The notes beneath the pieces are model-generated. The model had not been told where the DNA came from, did not search any database, and saw only the letters and a list, made by a program, of their open reading frames with translations. Source: Phyllosticta citribraziliensis (taxonomy: Eukaryota). From it: DNA of 64,000 nucleotides. Of the stretch, positions 48,863-60,173 are shown piece by piece. Location of the stretch: contig NW_027117340.1 of NCBI RefSeq assembly GCF_038025025.1, positions 62,001 through 126,000 of the forward strand, written 5' to 3'. How positions within the stretch are numbered: the stretch's first letter is position 1; every line of letters begins with the position of its first letter. A program made the translations under genes and the position numbers.

Positions 48863-50431
48863 ATGGAAGAAGAAAAGAAGCGCAGCTTGGACATTTCCAA
48901 CGCCCCGTCCCGCGCTAACGGCAGCGTAGAGGATACAAAGGTTTATGTGTACGATGGCGACAAGCCGCAGGACGCGGAGGACTTTGAGGTGTTCAAGAAG
49001 ACGGCGGATGGCGTCGATTTCCGCACCGTGGGATGGGTGAGTTTGCCCCCCTGGAGAAAGGGCAATCACTGACGGATTGCAGGTCAAAGCAACTGTCATC
49101 TTCCTCAAGATCATATTCGCCACCGGTGTCTTGAGCATACCGCTGGCCATGCACGATCTCGGAGCTGTAGGGGGCGCGCTGTGTGTGCTCGCCTTCGGCG
49201 CCTTGAATACGTATACGGCCGTCATTCAGGGGAATTTCCGCAATAACCACGCCCACTGCCATTCCATCGCAGACATGGCCGAGCACGTCGGCGGCGTGGC
49301 TCTGCGCGAGCTCACCGGCGTCATGTTCATCATTGCGTAAGATGCCGTCCTGATCCGATGTTGCCAGGGCTAACAAGACCAGATACATTCTCTGCACCAG
49401 CTCCGGAATCATTGGCGTCGCGACGGGCATCAACGCGCTCTCCGAACACGGTGCCTGTACCGTCTGGTTCGCATTCGTCGCGACAGCCGTCGTCATTGTC
49501 GCGGCATCAGTCCGCAAGTTCGAGCAAATTTCGTGGCTCACCTGGGCGGGCTTCATCAGCATCTTCGTGGCAGTGCTCATTATCGTGGTAGCCGTGACGA
49601 CGCGGGACCGGCCGGCGGCGGCGCCGCAGACTGGGCCGTACGAGCTGGGCTACATGGCGATTGCGCACCCGACGTTTGTGGCGGGCATCACGGCGTCTGT
49701 CAACATCTTTGTGTCGTCAGCCGGCACGTCGGCATTCCTGCCCGTCATTTCGGAGATGCACAATCCGCGGGACTACAAGAAGGCGCTGTTCACGTGCATG
49801 GGGTTCGTGACGGCGGCGTACCTCAGCTTCTCGCTGGTCGTGTACCGGTGGTGCGGGCAGTGGGTGGCGTCGCCGTCGCTGGGGTCGGCCGGGCAAACGA
49901 TAAAGAAAGTGTCCTACGGCATAGGAATGATCGGCCTCATCGTGTCGGCCTGCCTGTACCTGCACGTCGCCGCAAAGTACGTCTTCGTCCGCATCCTGCG
50001 CAACAGCCGGCACCTGCAGCACGGCACCGCCATCCACTGGACCACGTGGCTCGGCTGTAACGTGGTCCTCGGCGCCATCTCGTTCGTCATTTCGCAGGGC
50101 GTGCCCATCTTCAACAACATCCTGGCGCTGGCCGGATCCATCTGCTTTGCCCCGCTCGCCATCGCGCTGCCGGGCTGGCTGTGGCTCTTTGACTACGGCA
50201 GCTGGCGCAAGGGCAACGCGGGACAGCAGGTCGCGTACTGGTTCCACTGGTTCTTGATCGTGCTGGGCCTGTTTTTCCTCGTCGGCGGTGCGTATGGCAC
50301 GATACAGCAGATCATCGACGAGTACAACAACGGCGAGATTGGTAGGTTGACTCCCCTTGAACACCTTGACTAGTCACTGACCACTATCAGGCTCGGCATT
50401 TTCGTGTGCAGACAACTCGGGGTCGACGTAG
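48863..50431 (+). CDS. Amino-acid transporter (Aa_trans, Mtr-like)
   Basis: VDFRTVGW, ATGVLSIP, AFLPVISEMHNPRDY, VASPSLGSAG, AFSCADNS; introns 49037-49082, 49337-49382, 50342-50389. Confidence 0.92.
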
Positions 50432-52471
50432 AAGGAGAAGATGCTTACGAGCGTCGTCGAAGCATTGCAGTCTGTAAGATGAGATGGGGTTTGTGTGTTT
50501 GGCAGCTGGGAAGAACAGCGTAATCGGTGATACCCTGAATCAGCAAATTTGTCTCTTGCATTGATTTGTCCTTCAATTGTTGATGTGCAGAGTCATTTCG
50601 TGACTTGCTCTGGATTCTTGACTTGAACCTTGCGGCTGTCACACGCTACCCCTGAACACTGCCTCCAGTCGGACTCATCAACAGAAAAGCCAGGTAGGAC
50701 CCGCAGGACCGGAGCGTGAGCAACGACTCCTGAGGATGAGAGGAAGCATTCTTCGATGATGCTGCTTCACAACATGCAGCCTACACGGGCAATTGACGCC
50801 ACGAAGGCAGTCCAACTGACCGGACAATTGATGGAGCTCCACGGCGACCACGAACGCGACAGTCATATGGTTCGTCTTCCCCTTTTGCCTTGCAAGTACG
50901 GCAAAGGAGCTTGTCTGCGAATGAACTCAACTCGTCGAGAGGAAAGCGAAATTAATATACTCCCTCCACTCCATCACATGCCGCCAGCATCACTTCTACC
51001 GCGTGGACCACATGCGACACGAGCACGCCACAGCTGTCCCCTAACTCCAGGCAACTGCCCGACAGCGGCGGCGGCAGAAGTACAAAAGCCCTCAACTCGT
51101 CCCTGGATTCTGACTTCTAAGCCAAAGATTTAGCAGTGGTATCGCAGGATAGCCCTAAGTCACGGCGGTTCAAAGAATGCTGGAGGTTCACTGCGAGTTT
51201 ATTGTTTTCTCTGTTTTACTTTCTGCTTTTTGGAGATCGAGGAAAGGAGGGAGACTACTAAGGTTTCTGCGGTACGTGTTGATGGTGAAGCATGGCGTGG
51301 TTGCTTCGTGCTGGCCGCCGCCATCAGCGCCTCAACAAGATGTTGATCATGGGCCTAAGATAGAAAGTGGAAAAGTAGTTTTCGGAGTCAACTTGTCAAC
51401 CGAGCGTAAAACAGCAAAGAAAAGTGGGCAATGTTGATGCTTTGGTCGTGCTCACGATCGAGCAGCAACTGGATGCGGCCCAAAAAGTCGGTGCTGTTCA
51501 TCAAAGACGGCGGCAGAACGAGAGGTTTATATACCAACGACTCAAACCAGGCCGCAGCTTCTGGAAAGCCGTGGATGACTCTGCGGATCACGAGCTTGTT
51601 GCCTATGTAATTGTGCAGCTAACGGGTGGCGGTCTTGGTCCTGGCGTCGAGCAGATGGTATAAAAGCGTCAAGCCTGTTGCAGGAGGCTGCTCGCCATGG
51701 ACTGCAACCAGCTGCTGAAGCGCAGGAGCAGTTTTTCACTGCCACTGCGTCTGAGTACCCCGATTTGTAACGACTACTGCTTGTGGCAGTTGGTCTTGCG
51801 TTGGAACTTGGACACTTAGCCGCGCAGAATTTCTACTACACGCAGCGTCGATGATTGATGCTGCTGCTCTACGTTTTACTGAATTGCTGTATGAAAGCAG
51901 GGGGAAATACTGGATAAAGGGGAATTTAGTAGGAAACTAGGGACTCATGGGTAAGTCACTCTTCCAACCAGCAGACCAAAAGCAGTGTTCCTAAACACAT
52001 GGCATCTCGCATGTCTAACTTCTCTTACCTACTACAGCGTGACTCCCTGACACCACTGTCACGAGCAAAGAGCATTCCAGCAGCCTAGTCGCCGCATCAC
52101 GTGCAAGGAGCATTCGCGCGGCTATGTAAGGCGCACGTCTCCCTTCTCCCTTCATGCTCCCAATCAGCATCAAGATTGTCGCCATCGCCGTCATTTTTGC
52201 CATCGTTGTGTTTGTGTCCTTGTCGTGGTTGTTGCCCTCGCCATGCTCATCCGTCTTTGCCTTCGCGAATCTTAACCGCCTGCCAAAACTCATCATCCGT
52301 TTTCATTTTCTTCAGTCTTTTGTTGACGCGTTCCATGAGCTTCTCCCGGTTAAAATGACTCCGAATATTCTCATCCCACTCCTCAGCAATAGAGCGTTTC
52401 AAGTTGGCCGGTCTTAGTGATTCCATCCTCCTGTTTAGCTGCTCATCGAACTGTTCATCGGCTGTCAGCGG

Positions 52472-53137
52472 TTAATCAGCTAAGTTGGTAGGACTTCCTA
52501 CCTCAGCCATGGTGCAGTAATCTCCAAACTGATTGGCCTGCTTGTCCTTGTCCTGGTCGCCCTGCTTGTCCTGGTCGCCCTGCTTGTTTTGGTCGCCCTG
52601 CTTGTCTTTGTCGCCCTGCTTGTCTTTTTCGCCCAGCTTGTCTTGGTCGTCCTGCTTGTCCTTATCGGGTGGATTGCCGACTTTACGACGCTGCCACCTA
52701 TTCCGCTTACCCTTCTTGTGGACACGCTGCTTCCCCTCGTTTTCCTTCGGTGGATCCTTTGGTCCGTGGTACCAGTCCCTGAAGGGGGGGACAAGCCACC
52801 AATCCGATGTCTGCGAATATTTCATGCGAAGACCAATATCCCAAACGCGTTCCAACGTGAGCTCTGTCTTTGGGGCGCCTTCAAGCCTCAGCACGGCGTC
52901 TCTGATTGCGGGTAACTGCTCCTTGGTCACATCCCCACAACGATCTTTGAGAATTTGGAGAATTTTGATGTCGTCATTGTCGTGATTCGCGGGATTGGAC
53001 TCCTTGTCGAGCTTGTCGGGCTTGTCGGGCTCGTCAGACTCGTCGGTGCTATCAGATTCTTCATGATCATGGTGTTGCGACTGAATGCCCCATTCCTCTT
53101 GGAGTTGCACGTACCACCAACGGAAATAATTGGCCAT
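52472..53137 (-). CDS. Orphan protein with DKQGDQ-type repeats (possibly spliced or frameshifted at the 3' end)
   Basis: aaaATGg start; 221-codon ORF; ~18-bp tandem units at ~52538-52660. Confidence 0.5.
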   Translation of the reverse strand: MANYFRWWYVQLQEEWGIQSQHHDHEESDSTDESDEPDKPDKLDKESNPANHDNDDIKILQILKDRCGDVTKEQLPAIRDAVLRLEGAPKTELTLERVWDIGLRMKYSQTSDWWLVPPFRDWYHGPKDPPKENEGKQRVHKKGKRNRWQRRKVGNPPDKDKQDDQDKLGEKDKQGDKDKQGDQNKQGDQDKQGDQDKDKQANQFGDYCTMAEVGSPTNLAD

Positions 53138-53451
53138 TTTGATTAGAATTTCGGAATTATCGTGGTAAGCGTTGTGGGCCTGGTCGGCGACTCGGACGTG
53201 GTTGTGATCTAGGCGGTTCGGGCCTGGATGATGGTTGTGGTAGAGTGGTTGCGGTGTGGGTGGATCTGCGGAGGAAGTCCAGAAAAGGTGACAAAAAGTA
53301 TAGGTCTACGGGAGTCAGTGGAAGATTTTTATAGATTTGGCGCCGGCTGCTGGTGAATATCGGCAAAGTCACCGGCGGGGAGGGTGTCAAAAACTCAGAA
53401 AAGGGTGTTAAAGGTTGAAAAAGGGCTGTTACTAACCGCGCGGCCGAACCC

Positions 53452-53694
53452 TGGTGATTCTGGTGATTCTGGTGATTCTGGTGATTCTGGTGATTCTGGT
53501 GATTCTGGTGATTCTGGTGATTCTGGTGATTCTGGTGATTCTGGTGATTCTGGTGATTCTGGTGATTCTGGTGATTCTGGTGATTCTGGTGATTCTGGTG
53601 ATTCTGGTGATTCTGGTGATTCTGGTGATTCTGGTGATTCTGGTGATTCTGGTGATTCTGGTGATTCTGGTGATTCTGGTGATTCTGGTGATTC
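53452..53694. repeat. Perfect minisatellite (TGGTGATTC)27
   Basis: 243 bp of identical 9-mers. Confidence 0.98.
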
Positions 53695-54501
53695 GATTCT
53701 GGTTGGTGGTTCTGGACGCTGGTGATGCAATCAATCAGGACATCGAGGACCCCACGAAAAAAAAAGTGTGGAGTGGAGAAGGTTGGAGCAGCTGGAAAAA
53801 TTCCAACGAGCAGGATTTAATAGTGGCGACTGCGAGCTGAATTTCTCAACTTCCCGTCTCAACGACAAATCCGCCGTTTTGTGTCTCCAGAGTCGGCTTA
53901 CAACAAACACTGCATGGCGAGATGATTAAAACCGTATTCTGACGACGCCTGCGAACCGCAACGCTGTCTTTGTTAAGGTAAATGTCAGATCGAGCAGACA
54001 TCTTTCGCCTTGAGATGCACACAACATGGTCCCTGAGCTCTTGAGAATCGCCGCCCGCTGGACGACAGCAAAGTCCGCGTATTCGCCTGTCTGCTCGCCG
54101 TCTGCAACCGACACGTTCCTGGCTGTCGACTACGGAACGAATGTAGCGTCCAAGCCTCCTGGGTTTGGGATTGCGCAAAGAAGATTCGACTCCTCCATTT
54201 GGATTTTGACCGCAGTTCGAAGAAGGGCGGCTAGGGGGCTCGCATTTGCTGCAATGGCTGCTGCGTCCGTGGTCTTCGCACTCATCGTCCTTGTCCTCGC
54301 GGAACCGTCGCTAGTGTTCTCTTCTGCTCCGTGTCCTTGTTGTTCAGCTTCCTAGAAGACAGGATATCGGCAAATATTTGCTTGTAGATTTGTTGTAGTT
54401 GACAGGTTAATGAGAAAGAAAAGCAAATGGTGGTATCATCGTCGTCAGTCAAGCTCCGCGCGCCCGCTCGTCCACCGCAACGCCACAAACACATCACCTT
54501 G

Positions 54502-56561
54502 CTACCGCGCAGCGAACCCTCTCTGCGCACCACTACCATCACCACTCAGCCCTCCCTCCTCGACCGCATACAGCCTTCGATCCAGCAAGCGCTGCTCCTC
54601 GTCGCCGACCTCGACGACGTCGTCGGCCTCGTCGGCGAGCAGCTTCTGATAGGCGACGCGGTCGAGCTTGCGGCGGTAGGCGAGGCCGGCGTAGACGACG
54701 CCCAGGATGGCGGTGGCGAGGGTGCCCAGGCAGATGAGGATGACGAGCGGCGTCGAGTCCGAGTCTTGGATGCGGAAGCCGAAGTAGATCTGCGAGGTCT
54801 CGAATGGCCGTGTGAGCTGGGTTGACCTACGAGAAAGGGGAATGATGGGGAGGACTTACACCCGCCACGTCCACGTCCAGCCGCGTCGTGCCCGGCATGC
54901 TGGCCGCCAGCACGCGGCCGTCCTTGTCGAGCGCCACGACGCGGACGTACTTTTTCACCTCGACGCCGAACCGCAGCTCCGTCTCGAATCCGACCTTTTC
55001 GACCGTCTGTACTGGATACCAGGCCTCGCCGACTTCGCCCTCGAAGCCCTTGACGCTCGCAGCGTCGCCCGCCAGCGCACCGTCAATCTGGACGTAGTCA
55101 GACTCCTCCAGGACCCAGCGGTGCACCTCGGTGGCGCCATTCCAGCTGACGTAGGCGGACGACCCTTCGACGACGAGGTCAGGTTTCGAAGCTGGCCGCC
55201 CGACCCACGCGTGCTTGTGCACCCGGTAGCTTTGCACGTCGCCCGTCTCCCAGCTGCTCTGCGCCGCAAAGTGCACGTCGCACAGCGCCACGCCGTTGGG
55301 GGAGAACTCGGTGTACACGGCGTCGTATCCGAAGCCCACCAAGACGTTGCCATTTTCCATGACTTGCATCGATCCTTGGCTGCTGCTCAGCGTGTGCTGC
55401 GGGTTCACGTACTCGGTGTCGAGCTGCGCCGTCATAGCGTCCGTGTCGATGCGGATGCGCATCCCGCGGCTGAATTCCGACTCAAACAGTCCGGCCTCGG
55501 CACCATTGTCAAACACGGTGATGACAGTGCCGTCTTCGTGGAACTGGGCGTCGTGCTGCCATCTGAAATCGGTCGCTCGACCTTCGGACAGGTCGGTAAA
55601 GTTGTTGCGTTTGCCTCCCAGCTGCCACAGCACCTCGCCAGACCTCCCGTCAATGTAGGTGATGGTGTGCGTGTAGCGGGCGCTGACGAGGTAATTGCCC
55701 TTTTCGTCCTTTTTCACGCTGTTGATGTGGTAATAGTCAAAGGGTCCGCTTGGAGACGTGCCTCCGCCAGTGTACTTGTGGTAGCAGTCCTCGGCCGTGT
55801 AATGACTCGACGATTTCCACTGGAACAACAGCTCGCCGGTTTCGAGGTCGATTTCTTGAAACGAGCCATCCCACACCCAGCCATTTTCGGGGCCGCCGAG
55901 CGGAGAAAGATCAAGCTGGGAGATTTCGTAGACTGACAAAATGGCCGTGCCGTTGTCCGTAAAATAAAACTCGTGCAAGTCGCCATCAATCGAGCCGACG
56001 GACGACAGCTCGCGAATCTGGTTGTAATGAGAGTCAAACTGCGATTGACCGTCAGTCGATTGCCTGGAATGGAAGGATGATTTGCGATGATGGATGGCGT
56101 GCTTCGGCGGCGGGTGCTCCCGCGCGGCTGTTGTAGGGCGCCACACTCACCATGTAGTACTTTCCCTGGCCGTGACCACCAACCGCATCGTTACCGCCCC
56201 AAAAAGTTAGATATTGCTCGCCCTTGTATTCTTGAACTCCGAGGTTGTACGTTTCGCCATGATTTTTGCCGTCCAGCGTCCACACGAGATTTCCGGCCGA
56301 GTCCAGAATCATCGGATTCGCCTCGGGCACCGCGCGCCCGCGAGGATTGAGAAAAATGTACTGTCCATCGTCGTCGCATCGCGGGCTGCTGGCCATGATG
56401 TTGACCCGCGGCGCTCGAATGCGCGTCGACTTGAACTCTTGCATGGGATAGGCTCCATATTCGCCCGCGTCGTAGCCCTTGTCGGCAATGAATGGAATTA
56501 AATCGGCCTGTCCGAGGATTGAAAGCGCCAACAGAGATAAGAGAGAAAACATGGAGAACAT
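54502..56561 (-). CDS. Arylsulfotransferase (ASST)-like protein with signal peptide and C-terminal TM helix
   Basis: GDLHEF, FDYYHINSV, YLVSARYTH, WQHDA, FDNG, SQGSMQV, SYRV motifs; introns 56039-56150 and 54817-54859 (second acceptor inferred). Confidence 0.88.
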
Positions 56562-58285
56562 TAGACGGCAGCGATGACGGAAAAATGGCGTAGGCCGGCC
56601 GTCGCGAGCCTGAAGATGGATATGCGCGAAGAAAGGGAGCGGAGAAGGAATTCAAGCAAATGAGGGCGGCATCGTGGTCGACCGCGGGCAGGGAGTTTTA
56701 TCAAAAGCTGCGATCAGCGAGCAGGACGCACGTGCGGGCGACGCATGCGCAGATGCAGACGTGGACTTTTTCGTAGGTAGGAAATCAGGCAAGGCTCCGC
56801 TAAGGGCGTCGTAAGCCACTCGACATCCCTACGCGAAGCTCCCATACAAAAGCACTTGCGGCGTCAACATGTACGTCAAACCGATTGAGCCACAGGCCAA
56901 CCATTTGGTGCGCTGGGTTGTTTGCGATAAGGCCGCCGGTCGTTTGTGAGGAACCCCGCCGAGCTTGATGTCATTCTTTGCACGACGACGGCAGCAGTGT
57001 TTTCGACCAAGGGGTCACTCCTCCTGTGTCCTCTCGAAGGGCATTGCTTGCGCACAGGCAGTTGATCACGTCTCGCAGGTTGCGCAGGGAGCAGGTGGAC
57101 GTGGGGCAAGCGGCAAATCCTCAGCAAGGCCGCGCGGATGAGGTGTGCCTTTTGGCTGAAGAAAGATTGGTTAGTCATGGTGTTTTGGCAGGCCGGAGTC
57201 CGCAGGTGATGACGTTGGCCATGTTCTTCTTTGTTGATTCTGCGCTGCGCCTTGCGACGCGTCGAGTCGGCGACATTGAAGCTCGGTGTTCGGATCGGAG
57301 AGAGAGGTGACAAGGCGTCGTCGCGTCGAGGGTGGAGGGACGGTCGCGGTCGGTAGAGGCTCGACTCCCCCTGCCAAGCGCCAAGGCTGCCGGCCCGAAA
57401 CCCACAGCGAGCGCGACGTGGACCGACCGACGGGACCGCCTTTCTCTCCATCCTCCAACCATCATCTCCCCAATTCCTCCCCGGGCAACCAAACTCTCCT
57501 CCACATTCAGGGACCCGTCGGCTTGCGCGGTCTTTCGATGCTCGGAATGCGGCTACCACCGTCGCACCGCTTGGATCTGGGGAACCTGTCACAAATCTAG
57601 CCAGTGCTGGACAAACACATTCTTCATCGTCCCTCACCATTTCGGATTTTGCTCAAGATTCGCTTCTCCGCAAAGGCTGCTCGTATCTCCGCTCTTCTCA
57701 CCAAGTCACGTGTCTCTGCAGCTCATCCACTTTGGTTGTAGGCAGCGATGTTTTCTGAAGCCAAAAAGCCGAGGTTGCAATTCAACAGCTCGAATTTGGA
57801 TTTCGATTAGTCGTCGATGATGTTGGGAATTGACATCTCGCTCATTGGGCCATTCTCAACCTGCCAAAAGCTGGCGCCTAGCACTCAACGACCGTGTCCA
57901 GGACACAACGGCCGTACCTACACTGTCAATGCACATTCAAATCCAACAGACGCCTGGGAGACGACAAAATGGTCCATATATGTTCAAACAACAGACAGTG
58001 GTGCACCAATGGCGTGACACCAAAAGGGTTGGGACAGAATGGCCTGACCTCAGCCCTGTAGCCATTGCTCTCAGCCCAGACGCACCCCGGATTTTTAGCC
58101 AGCGTCCTCCCACCTCACCACCGCTATTCCCCAAACGCATCATCCCCACCGTTTTGTTGGGCCGTCGCGAGACCATGATATGAACTTTTGCCACGCATCC
58201 GCCCATCCCATGGCGCCATTGCCCATTTATATGTCCTTGGGGATACTCTAACTTTTGGAAAAGAAGCCCTCTTGCATTTTACATC

Positions 58286-59887
58286 ATGGCACGTCCGCAC
58301 GTCACCGATGCGCCAATTACATTGCGGAATTGGTATCAACATGTCAATTGGCTGAATGTGTTTCTCACCGTCGGCATCCCTCTCTCGGGCTGTGTTGCCG
58401 CCGTCTACGTTCCGCTCTACTGGAAGACTGCCATTTGGGCTTTTGTTTTTTGTAAGTCTTCCAATCTAATTCATTCCGCACATGCTGACTATTGTAGACT
58501 TCTTCACCGGGCTATGTATGCATCACCTTACCCAACAGGGTCCTGACTAATTCTCTCAGCCATCACCGCTGGTTACCATAGACTCTGGTCCCACACGTCG
58601 TACACTGCAACACTCCCACTCCGCATATTCTTGGCCGCGTTTGGCGCTGGTGCTGTCGAAGGTTCGATAAGATGGTGGTCTCGAGACCATCGCGCGCATC
58701 ACCGCTACACAGACACTGAAAAGGATCCCTACTCGGTGACAAAAGGGCTGTGGTACAGCCACGTACGTCTCTCATCTATTTGCAACTTCATCACTGACTT
58801 GAGTAGATGGGCTGGATCCTGATGAAGCAAAACCCAAAACGCATCGGCCGCACCGATATTTCCGATCTCAACGAAGACCCCATCGTCGTCTTCCAGCACA
58901 GGCACTACGTCAAGTGCGCGCTGTTTATGGGAGTCGTTTTCCCCTCGCTCGTCTCGGGCTTGCTTTGGAACGACTGGATCGGCGGTCTGGTGTATGCCGG
59001 CATCTTGCGCATCTTCTTCGTCCAACAGGCCACATTTTGCATCAACAGCTTGGCCCACTGGATTGGCGAGCAGCCATTTGACGACAAGAACAGCCCTCGC
59101 GACCATTGGATCACCGCGCTGGCGACACTGGGAGAGGGTTACCACAACTTCCACCACGAGTTCCCGAGCGACTACAGGAACGCCATTGGTTCGTGTTCCA
59201 ACCAGAGTCTCATACAAAACTAACATCGAAACAGAATGGTGGCAATATGATCCAACAAAGGTACCAAACTCCTGTCTTACGCTCTGAACAAAGCTCACAA
59301 TAGCAGTGGTTCATCTGGGCCTGGAAGCAAGTCGGCCTAGCCTACGACCTCAAGCAATTCCGTCAGTACAACCTAGATTCTTTATCCCATCAACTAATGC
59401 GTCAGTAGGTGCCAATGAGATCGAAAAGGGCCGCCTCCAAATGTCCCAAAAGAAACTCGACCGTGCTCGCTCCACCCTCGATTGGGGCACCCCGCTCGAC
59501 CAGCTGCCCGTCATCTCGTGGGACGAATACGTCGAGATGAGCTCTACCAACACCGAAGATGGCCAGAAGCGCGCTTGGATCCTCGTCGCCGGCGTCGTAC
59601 ACGACGTGACCGACTTCATCGCCGAGCACCCCGGCGGCAAGGCCCTGATCAAGGGCTACGTAGGCAAAGACGCGACGGCGGCATTCAATGGTGGCGTGTA
59701 TGAGCATAGCAACGCGGCACACAATTTGCTCGGCACCATGCGCGTGGGCATCGTGAGAGGTGGCATGGAAGTGGAGATTTGGAAGAGGGAAGCCGGATTG
59801 GAAGCGCGCGAGGGCAAGGGAGAGGACGGCATGGTACGAGCTCGAGCGCTGGAGCAGGTGACGCGAGTGAGGAAGCGCAAGATTTGA
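58286..59887 (+). CDS. OLE1: Delta-9 acyl-CoA desaturase with fused cytochrome b5 domain
   Basis: His boxes HRLWSH, HRAHH, HNFHH; HPGG heme motif; six introns. Confidence 0.92.
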
Positions 59888-60173
59888 AAAGACGCGCTTT
59901 GTGAGGTGCGTTTCGCCCCTTTCCGGCGGCCTCTTTCACAGCCGGTTCTTTACTCTGGCGGAGACGGAATCGCTAACGTGAATAGTAGAGATGGCCCTAC
60001 TCGTCGAGCGACGGGACGGAATCCCTTTGTCCATAACCTCCTTTGTCAATATCATCATGACCCTCCTTTCACGAATGCTTCTTTGAAAATACTATTTGAC
60101 CTTGATATTTCGACTCCTCCACCATGCATCCCGACTCTCTCACCACCACAGCATCCACCAGTACTGACCAGCC

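Noticed and set aside
51388..51745. Protein-like minus-strand frame with internal stops (possible pseudogene)
   Set aside because: No family could be recognised
53384..53840. GDS/ESP/ITR/ILV repeat ORFs
   Set aside because: By-products of a stop-poor 9-bp minisatellite, with non-ATG starts; not CRISPR because there are no spacers
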